Shown: one piece after another, positions 12,421 through 24,747 of the stretch
How the letters are laid out: each line of letters starts with the position of its first letter
Numbering within the stretch: the stretch's first letter is position 1
Assembly (NCBI GenBank): GCA_964276515.1
Contig: OZ193909.1
Location: forward strand, 3,534,001-3,598,000
Source of the DNA: Gordius albopunctatus
Taxonomy: Eukaryota
Length of the DNA stretch: 64,000 nt
Direction of reading: 5' to 3'
The notes under the pieces: model-generated
The model's database searches: none
The model's input: the letters and a program-made list of their open reading frames with translations, nothing else
Told to the model about the DNA's origin: nothing
Translations under genes and position numbers: made by a program

Positions 12421-13879
12421 CCATTCTTTTAAAACTTGCATAAAACTCCTAACACAATCATTCGTGAGGTGTTTACTTGCAAATCAATTTCCTCAAAAGT
12501 GCACTGTATCTACTTATTTCACTAGAGATCGGGTGTGTTTAAAGCTATATAAGTTTCGCTGTTGATCGCAAAGCATCATAAAAACTATTAGTTTAATAAT
12601 ATGATTAGGTTAAAAATCGCACGCATTAAATAAATTAAAAAACCAATAAATATTATTGTATTTTTCCAGATCTCATACCAACAGACTATGGAATAAAAGA
12701 ATTGCTTCAACTTAACACACCCAAAAAAACATAACATGGCTTATTATTTTTTACATATACCCTTATAGCTTTGTGTAATTTATATTATTTAAACTAATAA
12801 ATTTCCATATTAATTGTATCGATGTATGCTTTATAATAGGACATTTTTTGGTATACACAAAATATTTTTTCATGATAAAATACAAATATCATAATTTATA
12901 AAAAAAATTTGAACCTTATTATGATCTGTTATCAAGAATCTCACAAAAAAAAAATCTTACCAATAACTTTTATTTAATTAACTCGTATCTAAAAAATAGG
13001 TAAAAAATTTATTTGAAACTAATTCACCTTGGTCATGTTATATTGAGACGCGCTTTATTGTCACCTTTTATATGTCCTAGCAAACTTAAAAGGTTCGCCA
13101 AAGTTTTATTCTGTAGATCGGATTATATTGATAGATCTTGCTGATATACACTCATATCAATATTATATCTTATTTAATACCATCGTTAGTGGCAATAACG
13201 TTTAAAGGAGAGGTAAAATGATAATTTATGAAATTTTAAAGGATTTTCGGATTTAGAGGGTGGTAACCGCCCCTCCCTACCACCCCCTGACGCCATGATA
13301 ACTAATCAAGTCATGGCGAAATTAGTTATAGCGATTTATTAACCATTACATTAATTTATTGTGATTTGTGATCATATTAATGCCTTCCATCGAAATTTCT
13401 CCTAACAAATTAACTCCCAAGATAACTGATAAACAATTCTGCAAGAATCGATAGATTAAAGACGAATGAAAAAGTCAAAATTTAATCAAAAAAGTCTACC
13501 AAATAATTTGGCAACAAAATACATGCCTTTTATTTAAGCACATTTTTAGGAGCATATACTTCTTAATACCTGGCTAATAATATAGAATTATATTTGGCGC
13601 TGTATCACAAAACTATTTAAGACTAACTAATATCGATCATGGCACTCAAAATCTGAAAAATATAATGATTTTTATAGTTAAAAAGTTTATTTTCACGAAA
13701 CAAACTTACATAAATAAGCGAAATACAAAAATAAAGACATATTGGTTAAATACAAAGATCTATATCATTATCTTCTAAAATGAGCCATGAGTCGGCAAAG
13801 GATTTAAAGTTGTATTGTACAACGAGAATCCCTAGTTGTTGCCTGAGTAAAAATGAAGAAGAAGTTTTAGATTTCAGTT

Positions 13880-14035
13880 AGCGTTTTCCGATTTCTTTAA
13901 AAAACCCTATTTCCTGTTTACCAAAGGAACCGGAGCATGAGGCAACGATAGGGATAAAAATATTGGATGCCAAAAGGGCAGAGTACTTTTTAGTTTTACG
14001 CCCTTCTGCTGTAGCGATAGGGTCGTAATGCCCAT
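13880..14035 (-). mobile_element. CRE-type non-LTR retrotransposon C-terminal fragment
   Basis: Translates as YDPIATAEGRKTKKYSALLASNIFIPIVASCSGSFGKQ, homologous to 49330-49460. Confidence 0.7.
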
Positions 14036-15289
14036 TCTCAAAGATGAAGAAATGGATAATGTGTTTTAATCATTTTTTTGTAAATGTTTTCGTTCTTGTA
14101 TCTTTCTATTAATTCCACTCAATATTTAACACTTTTTATTTAATAAAGCATGTCAATTCAAAAAAAATAGGTCAATACAAGTAAAATCACATTTGAGGGA
14201 TATGCCATTTGCCAGGGGACTCAAGGAAAAAATTGTATCAATTGAAAACCATTCATATACACAGAGAAAATGCGATTCAATTTTTACGGTCAATGATAAA
14301 ATCAAATCGAGAAGACCAATTGAAAGACCAAGTCAGATATGCAGTTCGATACGTACGCCCGAACAAGACTAACTTCCGACGACCGTACTGAGAGAGAGAG
14401 TCAACACTCGGGTCGGAGGAAGTTATCTTGAAGGGTATGGTGTTGTGGTTGCGCATGCGCAGGATTATGCGCAGCCAAGTCTTCTATGCGCATGCGCGCG
14501 CAGTATACCATGCTATCATAATCGTCTCTCCCCTCTCTCCCCTCACTTTGTTATTCGCGTACTAATTCCAGCTGCGCTGACAAGTAATGCGTAAATTAAT
14601 AAGATCATTGTACTTCAATACACAGTTGATCGTTTCCGATATATGTAAAATCTAGGAATATAATATTATTCGCGCACCTATATATTTTTCTTCGCGCGAA
14701 TACGCGAAATTTATGAATTAAATATTCGGATAAAATATATTGAAATATTCAGATTGAATAAAATAAAATAAGGTAAGAACTATAAAATTTTATTATGTAG
14801 CAGTTAGTTTGTATTAACCAGAAAGTAGTTGTAAATTTAGACTCCTTGTAAATTTTTTACACCTATTAATAATTTTCCTCAATAAATAAAGTATTAATAA
14901 ATTTTTTATAGCAGGTTTTACAAAAATTTAGCATTTTAAATATTTGTAAATAAAAAATTAAGTTATAATTTTGCATTTTATAGATTTTGAGGAATAGGTT
15001 TTCTTTCATTCATTCTTATTTATCAACTTCTAAATTTATAAAAATTACTAAGGATTTTCTCCCGGGGGGGGGGGGGGAATCTCCAAAAAATATTTTTAAA
15101 CATTTTTATTTGAACATAAAAATTATAAAATCTTGTATAAAACATTAAAAAAGTCATTATAAATATTTAACTTGGTCAGTTACGTTGCACAACTATAAAA
15201 TATAAACTTTAGATCTAAAATATTTTATTTTTTCATAAAAAACCGGAGGGGGGGGGGAATTTCCCGTTCCCCCCCCCCCCCGTATTTAC

Positions 15290-15720
15290 GCCACTGGTCA
15301 GCAGACATCTAAATAACTAGCCTATAATTATACTCTTTAAAAAAATTGATTTCAATCACACTTTGGCCAGTGGTCCTTTTTTCCGTTGGTCAGCAGACGG
15401 CCAAATAGCCTATAATTATAATATAAAAAAAAATTTGATGTACAATTTGGCCAGTGGTCATTTTTTCTAATAGTCAGCAGTCAGCAGGTCAAAAAGCGTC
15501 TAGATACGTTCGGGCCAAATATTAAGAAAATGGAAAAAAAATTCCAATCTCACTTTTGGCCAGTGGTCATTTTTTCCATTGGTCAGTAGCCAGGAGACGG
15601 TCAAAAAGCCATATTATCAATGGTATCAACAATAACAATATATTAATTTAAAAAAAAATAAACAAAAAATTTGCCCACGCCGACATTCGAACCCACATCA
15701 GTAGAGGCATAGGTCTTTGT
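15290..15720 (-). repeat. Partial copy of the Helentron/DINE-like modular repeat family
   Basis: Several ttggcca(a/g)tggtcattttttccattggtcag cores and an attcgaaccc module. Confidence 0.65.
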
Positions 15721-15789
15721 GGGGGGGGGGGGGGGCGGGCACGAATTTTCGGAAATTAATTGTAATTTATATAGGTCGTTAGAAGGTTT

Positions 15790-16249
15790 TATGGGCGTAG
15801 CCAGCAATTAAATTAGTATATTGTATAAATAAAATCAGCATACAAAAATATCATAAATTTTATTATTATATTTAAGCCCTAAACTTTGTACTATTTTAAA
15901 GTTAAAATTTGAAATGTTGATTGATTGAGCCTATACAGTAAGTAAAATAAAAATACAAAATTGCAAAACTTTAATTATGGTTACGAGATAATTTAAGTGT
16001 TTAATAAGTATACATTTACAAACATATAGTAGTAAGAAAAAAAGAATTCATTATAATATATGTCAATTAAAATACCAGATTTTTCATTCATTAACACATT
16101 GATTATGGGACTACCCAGCATTGTAATTAAAAGGGGGAAATAATGATTTAGGGAAGCGCAAAATGATCATTATTTTTTGGAATTTTAGCAAATTTTTGGA
16201 TTTAGAGGAAAGCAACCGCTCCTCTCTGCCCCCCTTGGCTATACCCATG
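15790..16249. mobile_element. MITE with imperfect terminal inverted repeats
   Basis: atgggcgtagcca ... tggctatacccat ends. Its internal 15804-16004 is nearly identical to 125-326. Confidence 0.6.
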
Positions 16250-16499
16250 TAGAAATATAGGAAATTTACAACAAATGTAAAATGGGTCATATTTGAAACT
16301 ATAGCCAAATAAATAATATCGAAACATATCAATTAATAAGTAAATGCCATTAATAACAATATTATTTGTTATGGGACATTTTTCTGGGAAAATTGATCCC
16401 CCGTAAATTGCATAGCATTTAATTAAAACATTTTAAATACACTTACCCTCTCCCTCCCCCATAAATTCGATTTCAAAACTATCTAATCGCATAATATCA

Positions 16500-17030
16500 T
16501 AGGATATCCCTGCAAAAATTGCAATAACGAAATAGATATCTGGGCTCATCACCCACTTCATTGCAAGTTAGACAAATATCGCTTTATCCGACATCAAAAG
16601 ATAAATCTTTTAATCCAATCAGCTTTAAAAAAGGCCGGCACTCCTTCCATCCTTGAAACCATCCGATCCTTCTTTAGAAGGTAGAATGCGTCCCGACGGA
16701 GCTTCTATGATCCCCTGGGAGGATGGTAAGTTCCTAGCATGGGACTTTACCTGCATCGATATTTTTGCGCCAACTAATAATAATTATAACCCACTTTCTT
16801 GTTCCGAAGATCGCAAAACACTCAAATACCGAGCATTCCAATAGTAGCTTCCTGTTCGGCCACTTTTGGCAAAAAAGCATTAGCTTTTTTTAAATCAATA
16901 GGAAACAGATCCCCCAAAGCTAAATACTCACCCAGCTTTTATTTACGCCAAAAAATCGGCATTCTGATAGCTAAATATAATTACAAATCTTTTTCTGACA
17001 CATGGCCCGTGTTGGCTATTGACGATTGGT
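16500..17030 (+). mobile_element. CRE-type non-LTR retrotransposon 3' fragment (Zn knuckle and restriction-like endonuclease)
   Basis: CKNC...HPLHC, RH, RPDGASMIPWEDGKFLAWDFTCID; nearly identical to 49040-49590. Confidence 0.8.
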
Positions 17031-17489
17031 AGTGAGGTGGGTAGTGCTTAAATTATAAAAGTTTAAGATCGCTTAATATGCTATTTCTAAGTGCCTGCAG
17101 ATTTAAAGGAAGATTGGAAGTTGTATAAATACTCAATGTGCCCAAGTCCAAAAACTCTTAATCGAAACAAATATTTTTTTAACTAGCAAAAGTTGCTAGA
17201 ATTTACGAATATATATATAATGAATTACATTAATTTTGCAGAAATTTTCGGCCTGCCGTACTTTTAATAAATTTCAACAAATTTTTAGATTTAAAGGGGG
17301 GGGGGGATGAATTTTAGAAGTATATTTTTTGATAAAGTACAAAATATATTTACATGGAATTTAAATTGATTTCTTATTGACACATGACAAGGAAATAAAA
17401 TTTTTTTACCATTTGTAACTAAGTTTCCTGCTCATAAAATTTCTTTTATGACTTATTAGATGCCGCCCTAATCAACGAAATAAATAAAA

Positions 17490-18192
17490 TTTAGACAATG
17501 GTCATTTTTTTCATTGGGCAGTAGCCAGGACACGTTCAAAAAGGATATAAATACATAAGAGACGGAAAAAAAATTCAAATCACAATTTGGCCAATGGTCA
17601 TTTTTATCCATTGGTCAGTACCAAGAGACGCTCTATAAATACGTACGAGTCAAAAAAAAATTCGATTCCCACTTTAGCCACTGGTCATTTTTTCCATTGG
17701 TCAGTAGCCAGCGGACAGCCAAAAAGTCATATTATCAACGGTATTCTCATGAACAATATATTAATTTAATTTAAAAAAAAAATAAAAATTCTGCCCTCTC
17801 CGGGATTCGAACCCACATCAGTAGAGACATAGGCTTTTGTAGGGGCACAGGGATCCATATCAGTAGAGGCATAAACCCTTATAGGGGAGAGCATAAGGTA
17901 ATTATTAATGTTAACCAATTCGAAAACGAAAAAAATTTCGATTTATTTGGCCAAGGGTCATTTTTTCCATTGGTCAGTAGCCAGCGGAAGGTCATAAAGT
18001 CATATTATCAATGGTATTAACAATTAACAAAATATTGATTTAATTTAAAAAAAAAATTTGTCCTCTCCGGGGATTGAACTCGAACCTACAAGTCAGAAAG
18101 CCGGTGTAAATACATTGGGGGGTAACGGACGGACGGACAAAGAACGGACGGACAGACAACCAAAAACGAGCCCATAAATTGCATAGCAATTA
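17490..18192 (-). mobile_element. Helentron/DINE-like non-autonomous element (partial)
   Basis: Modular cores, (GACG)n microsatellite at ~18126-18155, terminus cccataaattgcatagcaatt. Confidence 0.65.
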
Positions 18193-19440
18193 ATATTCTT
18201 ATAGAAGCCTGAAAGATAGGAGTGGATACTTTTATGTTACATTTATGAGAGTTTTTTATGAAGTGCAAATATTTGATCTTATAAAATAAACTGGGGTCTT
18301 TGGTCTACGTGGGAAGGGAAGGGGGGATGAAACTCATCTATACTCCGTATAAACGTAGCATATTTGCTCTGCAATTTATGGGCGAGAAAGGTGGGAAGGG
18401 GCGAGAATGTATATAGGGTGGTATTAAATGCAAAATAATTGGACTGACGGGCATAGGGTAAATATCAATGGTAACCAATTAAAAAAACAAAATTCGAATT
18501 ACATTTTGGCCAATGGTCATTTTTTTCATTGGTCAGTAGCCTGCGGACGGTCAAAAAGTGATATTATCAATGGTATTAACAAGAACAAAATAATGTTAAA
18601 AAAAATAAAAATTTTGCCCTCTCCGGGATTCGAAACCACATTAATAGAGGCATAGGCTTTTGTAGGGGCAGAGGGACCCATATCAGTAGAGGCATAGGCC
18701 CTTGTAGGGGAGGGCCAGTTCCTATGTAATCAAAATTAAATGGAGTAATTTTAGAAAATAGCGAGTCCAGTTATTCTTTAATCAAATCCCAAATGGTGTT
18801 CAAAAAATTTGGATTATCTTAGTTAGCATGTGCGTAGCCAGCATTGGAATTACAGAGGGGAAATAATGATTTAGGGAGGGGCAATATGATAAGTTTTGAA
18901 ATTTCAGCCTTTTAAATACTCATTTAAGCAGCCGGGGGGGGGGGGTGCAGGGAGGGGCGGCTGCTCCCCTCTAAATGCAAAAATATGTTGAAATTTATTA
19001 AAATTATGGTTAAGATTTTAAAAAATGTTCATTTTGCCTCTCCCTAAATCATTATTGCCCCCATCTAATAACGAAATTTTTGTTTCAATAGAAATTTGTT
19101 TCTAGAGCATAACATTAGAAAAGCAACATTGTTAGGTATTGGTGGGAAAACCTGGGTTTTTATAAACCCAAGACTGAGGTTTCAGGTGAGGTCGTTTTAA
19201 AATAAAACATTTCAGGTTTAGCCTAGGTTTTGCATCCACCTAAGGGTTCCCCAAGAACCCCACCCAAAATTGTTGGGCTAGATTCAAACTCTAGCCCCAA
19301 CCCTAAGGTCGGAACGCCTTGGGGTTTCCATTCATAAGGTATGGTTTTTATATCCTAATATTTTGACTGAACTACAGTCACTAAGCAATTTTGTTTATTA
19401 AATTAATAATTATCATTTGTTTAGATTTCAAAAAGAAATT

Positions 19441-21605
19441 AAAAAAAAATACTCGGGCCTTCGGCCCTCGTGGGAAGGGGGAAGGGGAGGGAAGGGGGAA
19501 GGGGAGGAGGGGAAGGAAGGGGGAACTCATCTACACTCCGTATAAATGTATCATATTTGCTATGCAATTTATGGAAATACTTACGTGAATATTGCAAAAC
19601 GAAGGTTGGAAGCACTAAATAAGTGTATATGCCAAATATCATAAAGGGGGAGAGAGGGAGCGAAGGGGAAGCTTTATGGTTAGTTAAATTCTACGAGAGT
19701 TGTATTACCAAAAAGTCATAATAGCAATGGTAGGAACAGGAACAATCATAATAGTCAAAAAAAACGAAAAAAAAATTTTCGAATCACATTTTGCCCAAAG
19801 GTCATTTTTTCCATTGGTCAGCAGCCAGGACACGGTAAAAGTGGATATAAATTCATAATAGTCAAAAAAAACGAAAAAAAAGTTTTCGAATCACATTTTG
19901 GCCAATGGTTATTTTATTCCATTGGTCAGCAGCCAGCGGACGGCCAAAAAGTCATAATAGCAATGGTAGGAACAGGAACAATCATAATATTCAAAAAAAA
20001 CGAAAAAATAAACTCGGATACACATTTTGGCCAATGGTCATTTTTTCCCATTGGTCAGCAGCCAGGACACGGTAAAAGTGGATATAAATTCATAACAGTA
20101 AAAAAAACGAAAAAAAAGTTTTCGAATCACATTTTGGCCAATGGTCATTTTATTCCATTGGTCAGCAGCCAGCGGACGGCCAAAAAGTTATAATAGCAAT
20201 GGTAGGAACAGGAACAATCATAATAGTCAAAAAAAACGGAAAAAATAATTTCGATTCACATTTTGGCCAATGGTCATTTTTTTCCATTGGTCAGCAGCCA
20301 GGACACGGTAAAAGTGGATATAAATTCATAACAGTAAAAAAAAAACGAAAAAAAAATTTTCGAATCACATTTTGGCCAATGGTCATTTTATTCCATTGGT
20401 CAGCAGCCAGCGGACGGCCAAAAAGTCATAATAGCAATGGTAGGAACAGGAACAATCATAATATTCAAAAAAAACGAAAAAATAAACTCGGATACACATT
20501 TTGGCCAATGGTCATTTTTTTCATTGGTCAGCAGCCAGCGGACGGCCAAAAAGTCTTATTATCCTTGATAGTAACAAGAACAATCATAAGAGTCAAAAAA
20601 AACTCCGGGATTCTAACCCAAAAACTAGATAAATTCCATAGCAATTATTAAAAAGTATAGGGTAATTATCAATGTTAACCTATTCAAAAACGAACAAAAA
20701 ATTTTGATTTATTTGGCCAATGGTAATTTTTTAAAATTATCAATGTTAACTTATTCAAAAAGGAAAAACGAAAAATTAGGATTTATTTGGCCAATGTTCA
20801 TTTTTTCATTGGTCAGTAGCCAGCGGACGGTCAAAAAGTCATATTATCAATGGTATTAACAAGAACAAAATATTAAATTAATTAAAAAAATAAAAATTTT
20901 GCCCTCTCCGGGATTCGAACCCACATTAAATAGAGGCATAAGCCTTTGGAGGGGAACAGGGAACCATATAAATAGAGCCATAGGCCCTTGTAGGGGAGGG
21001 CATAGGGTAATTATCAATGTTAAACTATTCAAAAACGAAAAATTAAAAATTTCGATTTATCTGGCAAGTGGTCATTTTTTCATTGGTCAGTAGCCTGCGG
21101 ACGGTCAAAAATTCATATTATCAATGGTATTAACAAGAACAATATATTAATTTAATTTAAAAAAAAATAAAAAATTTTTGTCCTCTCCGGGTCTCGAACC
21201 ATCAATTTAGAACGTTCGCCGGGATTCAAACCCACATTAAATAGAGGCATAAGCCTTTGGAGGGGAACAGGGAACCATATAAATAGAGCCATAGGCCCTT
21301 GTAGGGGACGGCATAGGGTAATTATCAATGTTAAACTATTCAAAAACGAAAAATTAAAAATTTCGATTTATCTGGCCAGTGGTCATTTTTTCATTGGTCA
21401 GTAGCCTGCGGACGGTCAAAAAGTCATATTATCAATGGTATTAACAAGAAAAAAATATTAATTTAATTTAAAAAAAAAAAAATTTTGTCCTCTCCGGGTC
21501 TCGAACCCGCAACCTCTAGGTCGGGAAGCTGGTGTAAATAACTTGGTAGACGGACGGACGGACGGACGGAAAACCAAAAACGAGCCCATAAATTGCATAG
21601 CAATT
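19441..21605 (-). mobile_element. Helentron-associated (DINE-1/HINE-like) non-autonomous element with internal tandem modules
   Basis: Subterminal inverted repeats ttgctatgcaatttatgg (~19557) and ccataaattgcatagcaa (~21586), (GACG)n at ~21549-21570, terminal hairpin gggcc-ttc-ggccc next to an A-run at 19441-19468, central tandem repeats. Confidence 0.7.
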
Positions 21606-23293
21606 AATAATATTGTATCCTAATATCAATATATAAAATCATAATATCAAATCAATACTCGACTATATCGTAAAAGTCGATGTAAATGTATTATTTAGGT
21701 TATCGCCATCTGTAAACGATTTTAATTTAGATGAACACATTATATCTTTTTACGCATTGCCCTTTATATATAAACTACTGTGTGTGTGGTGTGTGTATAT
21801 ATTAACTCCCCCCCCCTCTTCTCTTTCCCTTCTCACACAACCCAGCTTATAATGAGAGCATGGGGATACCCTTGCTCCAAAATATTCACACCCGAATAGT
21901 AAGGCTAGTCGCCTTGCTCCATCCCTGTTTTTAACCCCGTTCCACCCCGCTCCCAACCCCACATCACCTAAATATTATTTTGTATGGGAGGCGATGCGCT
22001 ACTAATTACTATGCTATGAATGACACATACATAATGCATAAGTTAAGAGAGGGAGGGAGGGAGGGAGGGAGGGAGGGAGGGAGGGGTAGAGGATAGTGGG
22101 TGCAGCGTGCTGCTACAAGCTATGCATATGCTATGTATGATATGCAGTAGTTAAGAAAGAGAGGGAGAGAGGTGGATACGTAAAATGAGTTTGTATTATC
22201 CGCCTAAATTATCAATAAATTTGAAAAAATTGAATATTTAGTTAACCTCAGAATTCTATGATACTTCCAAATTTAGGGAATCGGATTGGGAATGCATATA
22301 AATTATTTATGGAGAATATAAAACAAGAAAAATGAAATGAATGCCTGTACTAGTACATGTATTGACTAGCCATTTGCAGGGGCAGTGATAGGGTGGGGAT
22401 TTCATAGGTTTTGGCCTAATACTTTTTAAAATATAGAAGCTTTTTTTGTTTATTTGATGATATCCTTTACAATTTGTGTTTTTAATATATTTTGAACATT
22501 CTTTTAATAAAAAATCACGTTTTTTTTTCAATTTATTTTGAGGTATATGATGTCAAGAGGTAAAAGGAGGGGAAGCTCTAAAATAACCAAAAAAAATTGT
22601 GGACCAGAAAATTGTTAATAAGTTTTGTAATGTTGATTAGATATATATCAAAATTTATACCATCAATCTTAAGACCTTTATAAACATATTTTTAAAATTT
22701 CAAAGGTTTTAAAGGAATACTTTAAAAGTTATAAGAAGTTACCCCACGAATACTCTCGCGTTCGGGATTTTTAGGAATACTCTCGAGGATTAAACAATAC
22801 CACTATAATTCAAAGTTTTAACGAATTTTATGTTTTGCCCCCCCCCCCCCCGCTAATTGAACTTAAAACATTTTTTTATCAACTTTTACGGGTCCATTTT
22901 TACTTAGAAGGTATAACACCACGATTATAGTTAAAAATTAAAATCGGTGCACTCTGCCTGCACAGCACGCGGAGGGAAGAATTTTCGAAATTTTTTAAAA
23001 TATTTGGATAGTTAATAAATATATTAAAAATTGAATAAAAAATAATGCAACCTGTTCCCCATGACCAAAATTTTTAAAAAAATCACAAGCGACTTACTCT
23101 TCTCGTGATTATGAAATAAACATGAGAATAAGAGATTTATTATTAAATGTGATCACAAAGTATTTTTACTAAAACAAATTTAAAAAATTGAATACTATAT
23201 AATCATTTATTAAATAAATATGCCTAAAAAGTTTGCATTTAGTGTAAAACACATATAAAATTTAAATGTAAAATATTTGTATTATATATTAAA

Positions 23294-24747
23294 CTAGCTA
23301 TGCCCGGCCAAGCGTTGCTTTAGCTTAGTACTAATTTGGCTAAATAATTGGTACCTATCAATAGAAAATATATGAAAGAATTTGGGTCAGCTGAAAGAGA
23401 GTTTGTGATGTGAAAAAATATATTTTTATATTATGCAAATAAATATTATCTTAATAAAAAAGCCATATTTATTATTAATCAAATAGATTTGTAACAGTTT
23501 TAAATATTATTAGGTAGCGATGTTTAGCGATAACATGCATTGTTGAGTGACATATACAAAAGTCAATGATAATGTTTGACAATGATGATAATGTTTGACA
23601 ATTCAGAGATAAATTTTAGTAATGCGTGTATAGTTAGTTGTGTATCGCCATAGCCTAAAATCTACAGTAAAAAAATGATGAGATAAAATTTGGTTTAATG
23701 AATTCGTTTACAATCTATCAAACCCCTGAGTAAACACTCAAAAGTGTTGGAATGGCCCCCTGTCCGATTGCCTCTTAAAGTCTCTTATTAATGGCGCTTC
23801 GGCAGAGGAACTTCCAGGAATGACCCGAAGCTTTCCCAAGTCGTAACCTCGGTCTACTATTATCAAACAACGATATCCGAGGCCTAAGATTAGGACAAAA
23901 TAGTTGCTGAAAAATTTCTTAACTTTGCAATAATTCCCTAAAATCGAATGGCAATCATGGTCTACACTGTAATAACAACAAAGCCCGGTATCTTTTACAT
24001 ACCGCGGTTATAAACTTATAATATCCCCTCTATTCTTGAACTCACAGGCCTCTGTGAAGATAGCAAACAACCCGTTGGCAAATCTATAGGCGCTTGGGAA
24101 AAAGGAGTCATTTTAGCATGGGACTATAGATGTACGGACGTATTCGCCCCATCTTATCACAACAAATATCCCCTGTCCACTCGGAAATTTTCAATTACTC
24201 TGAAATTAACAATACTATAATTTTTGGTTCCATTGCGGCAACCGCCCTAACAACCTTTGGCCCCCAAGCCTTACAAATTAAGAAAATAGGGAAAGTTGTA
24301 ATATAAAAAAAACTTCGTAAAAATAGCAAAAAAGCACGAAACGTGGGAATTTTTCTGAAAGCGCGCGTTATATTTATTTAAGTATATGGTGATGTATTAC
24401 GGTATCTAGAATATTTATTTGTTACAAATTTATATATTGTAAATAAAACGGGCGTAGTTGAGTAAAAAATAGAGACAAATAAGATAAAGCAATAGTGGAA
24501 AAAAGTTTAAGGTAATTGGTAGCACCATAACGATAAATAAGTACAAAAAACGTAGTATGAACAATCCGCTAGATGGCGGTATAGACTACCAAAAAAACAT
24601 GGTTCCCGCTGTCGCAGGTTAATAAAAAGTACCTATAAACCTTCTACAATGCTAAGGCAATAATCTGGCCAAATTTGGTGGCAATCGGTTTAGAACTCTA
24701 AGAGTTATTAGCGTTCAAAAAAAAGGGACTTAGATTTTTATTATATA
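23294..24747 (-). mobile_element. Non-autonomous Helitron containing a decayed CRE fragment (~23745-24300)
   Basis: Minus-strand 3' end ...aagcaacgcttggccgggcatagCTAG at 23294; tatataataaaaat-type 5' end abutting the next Helitron. Confidence 0.65.

Noticed and set aside
14209..14391. 60-aa ORF beside the hairpin
   Set aside because: TTG start, no recognisable motif or splice support
19700..20570. CRISPR-like look: palindromic ~38-bp repeat with intervening sequence
   Set aside because: The intervening sequences are themselves repeated (A/B alternation) and too long, there are no cas genes, and the context is eukaryotic
19963..20651. Repetitive ORFs in the track (also 26634-26978)
   Set aside because: Translations of tandem or subterminal repeats with no domain signal
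21490..21535. tRNA gene
   Set aside because: Only a T-arm/B-box and a partial anticodon arm; no D-arm or acceptor stem
21740..22180. (GGGA)n and (GT)n tracts as a regulatory element
   Set aside because: Simple repeats with no supportable boundaries or function
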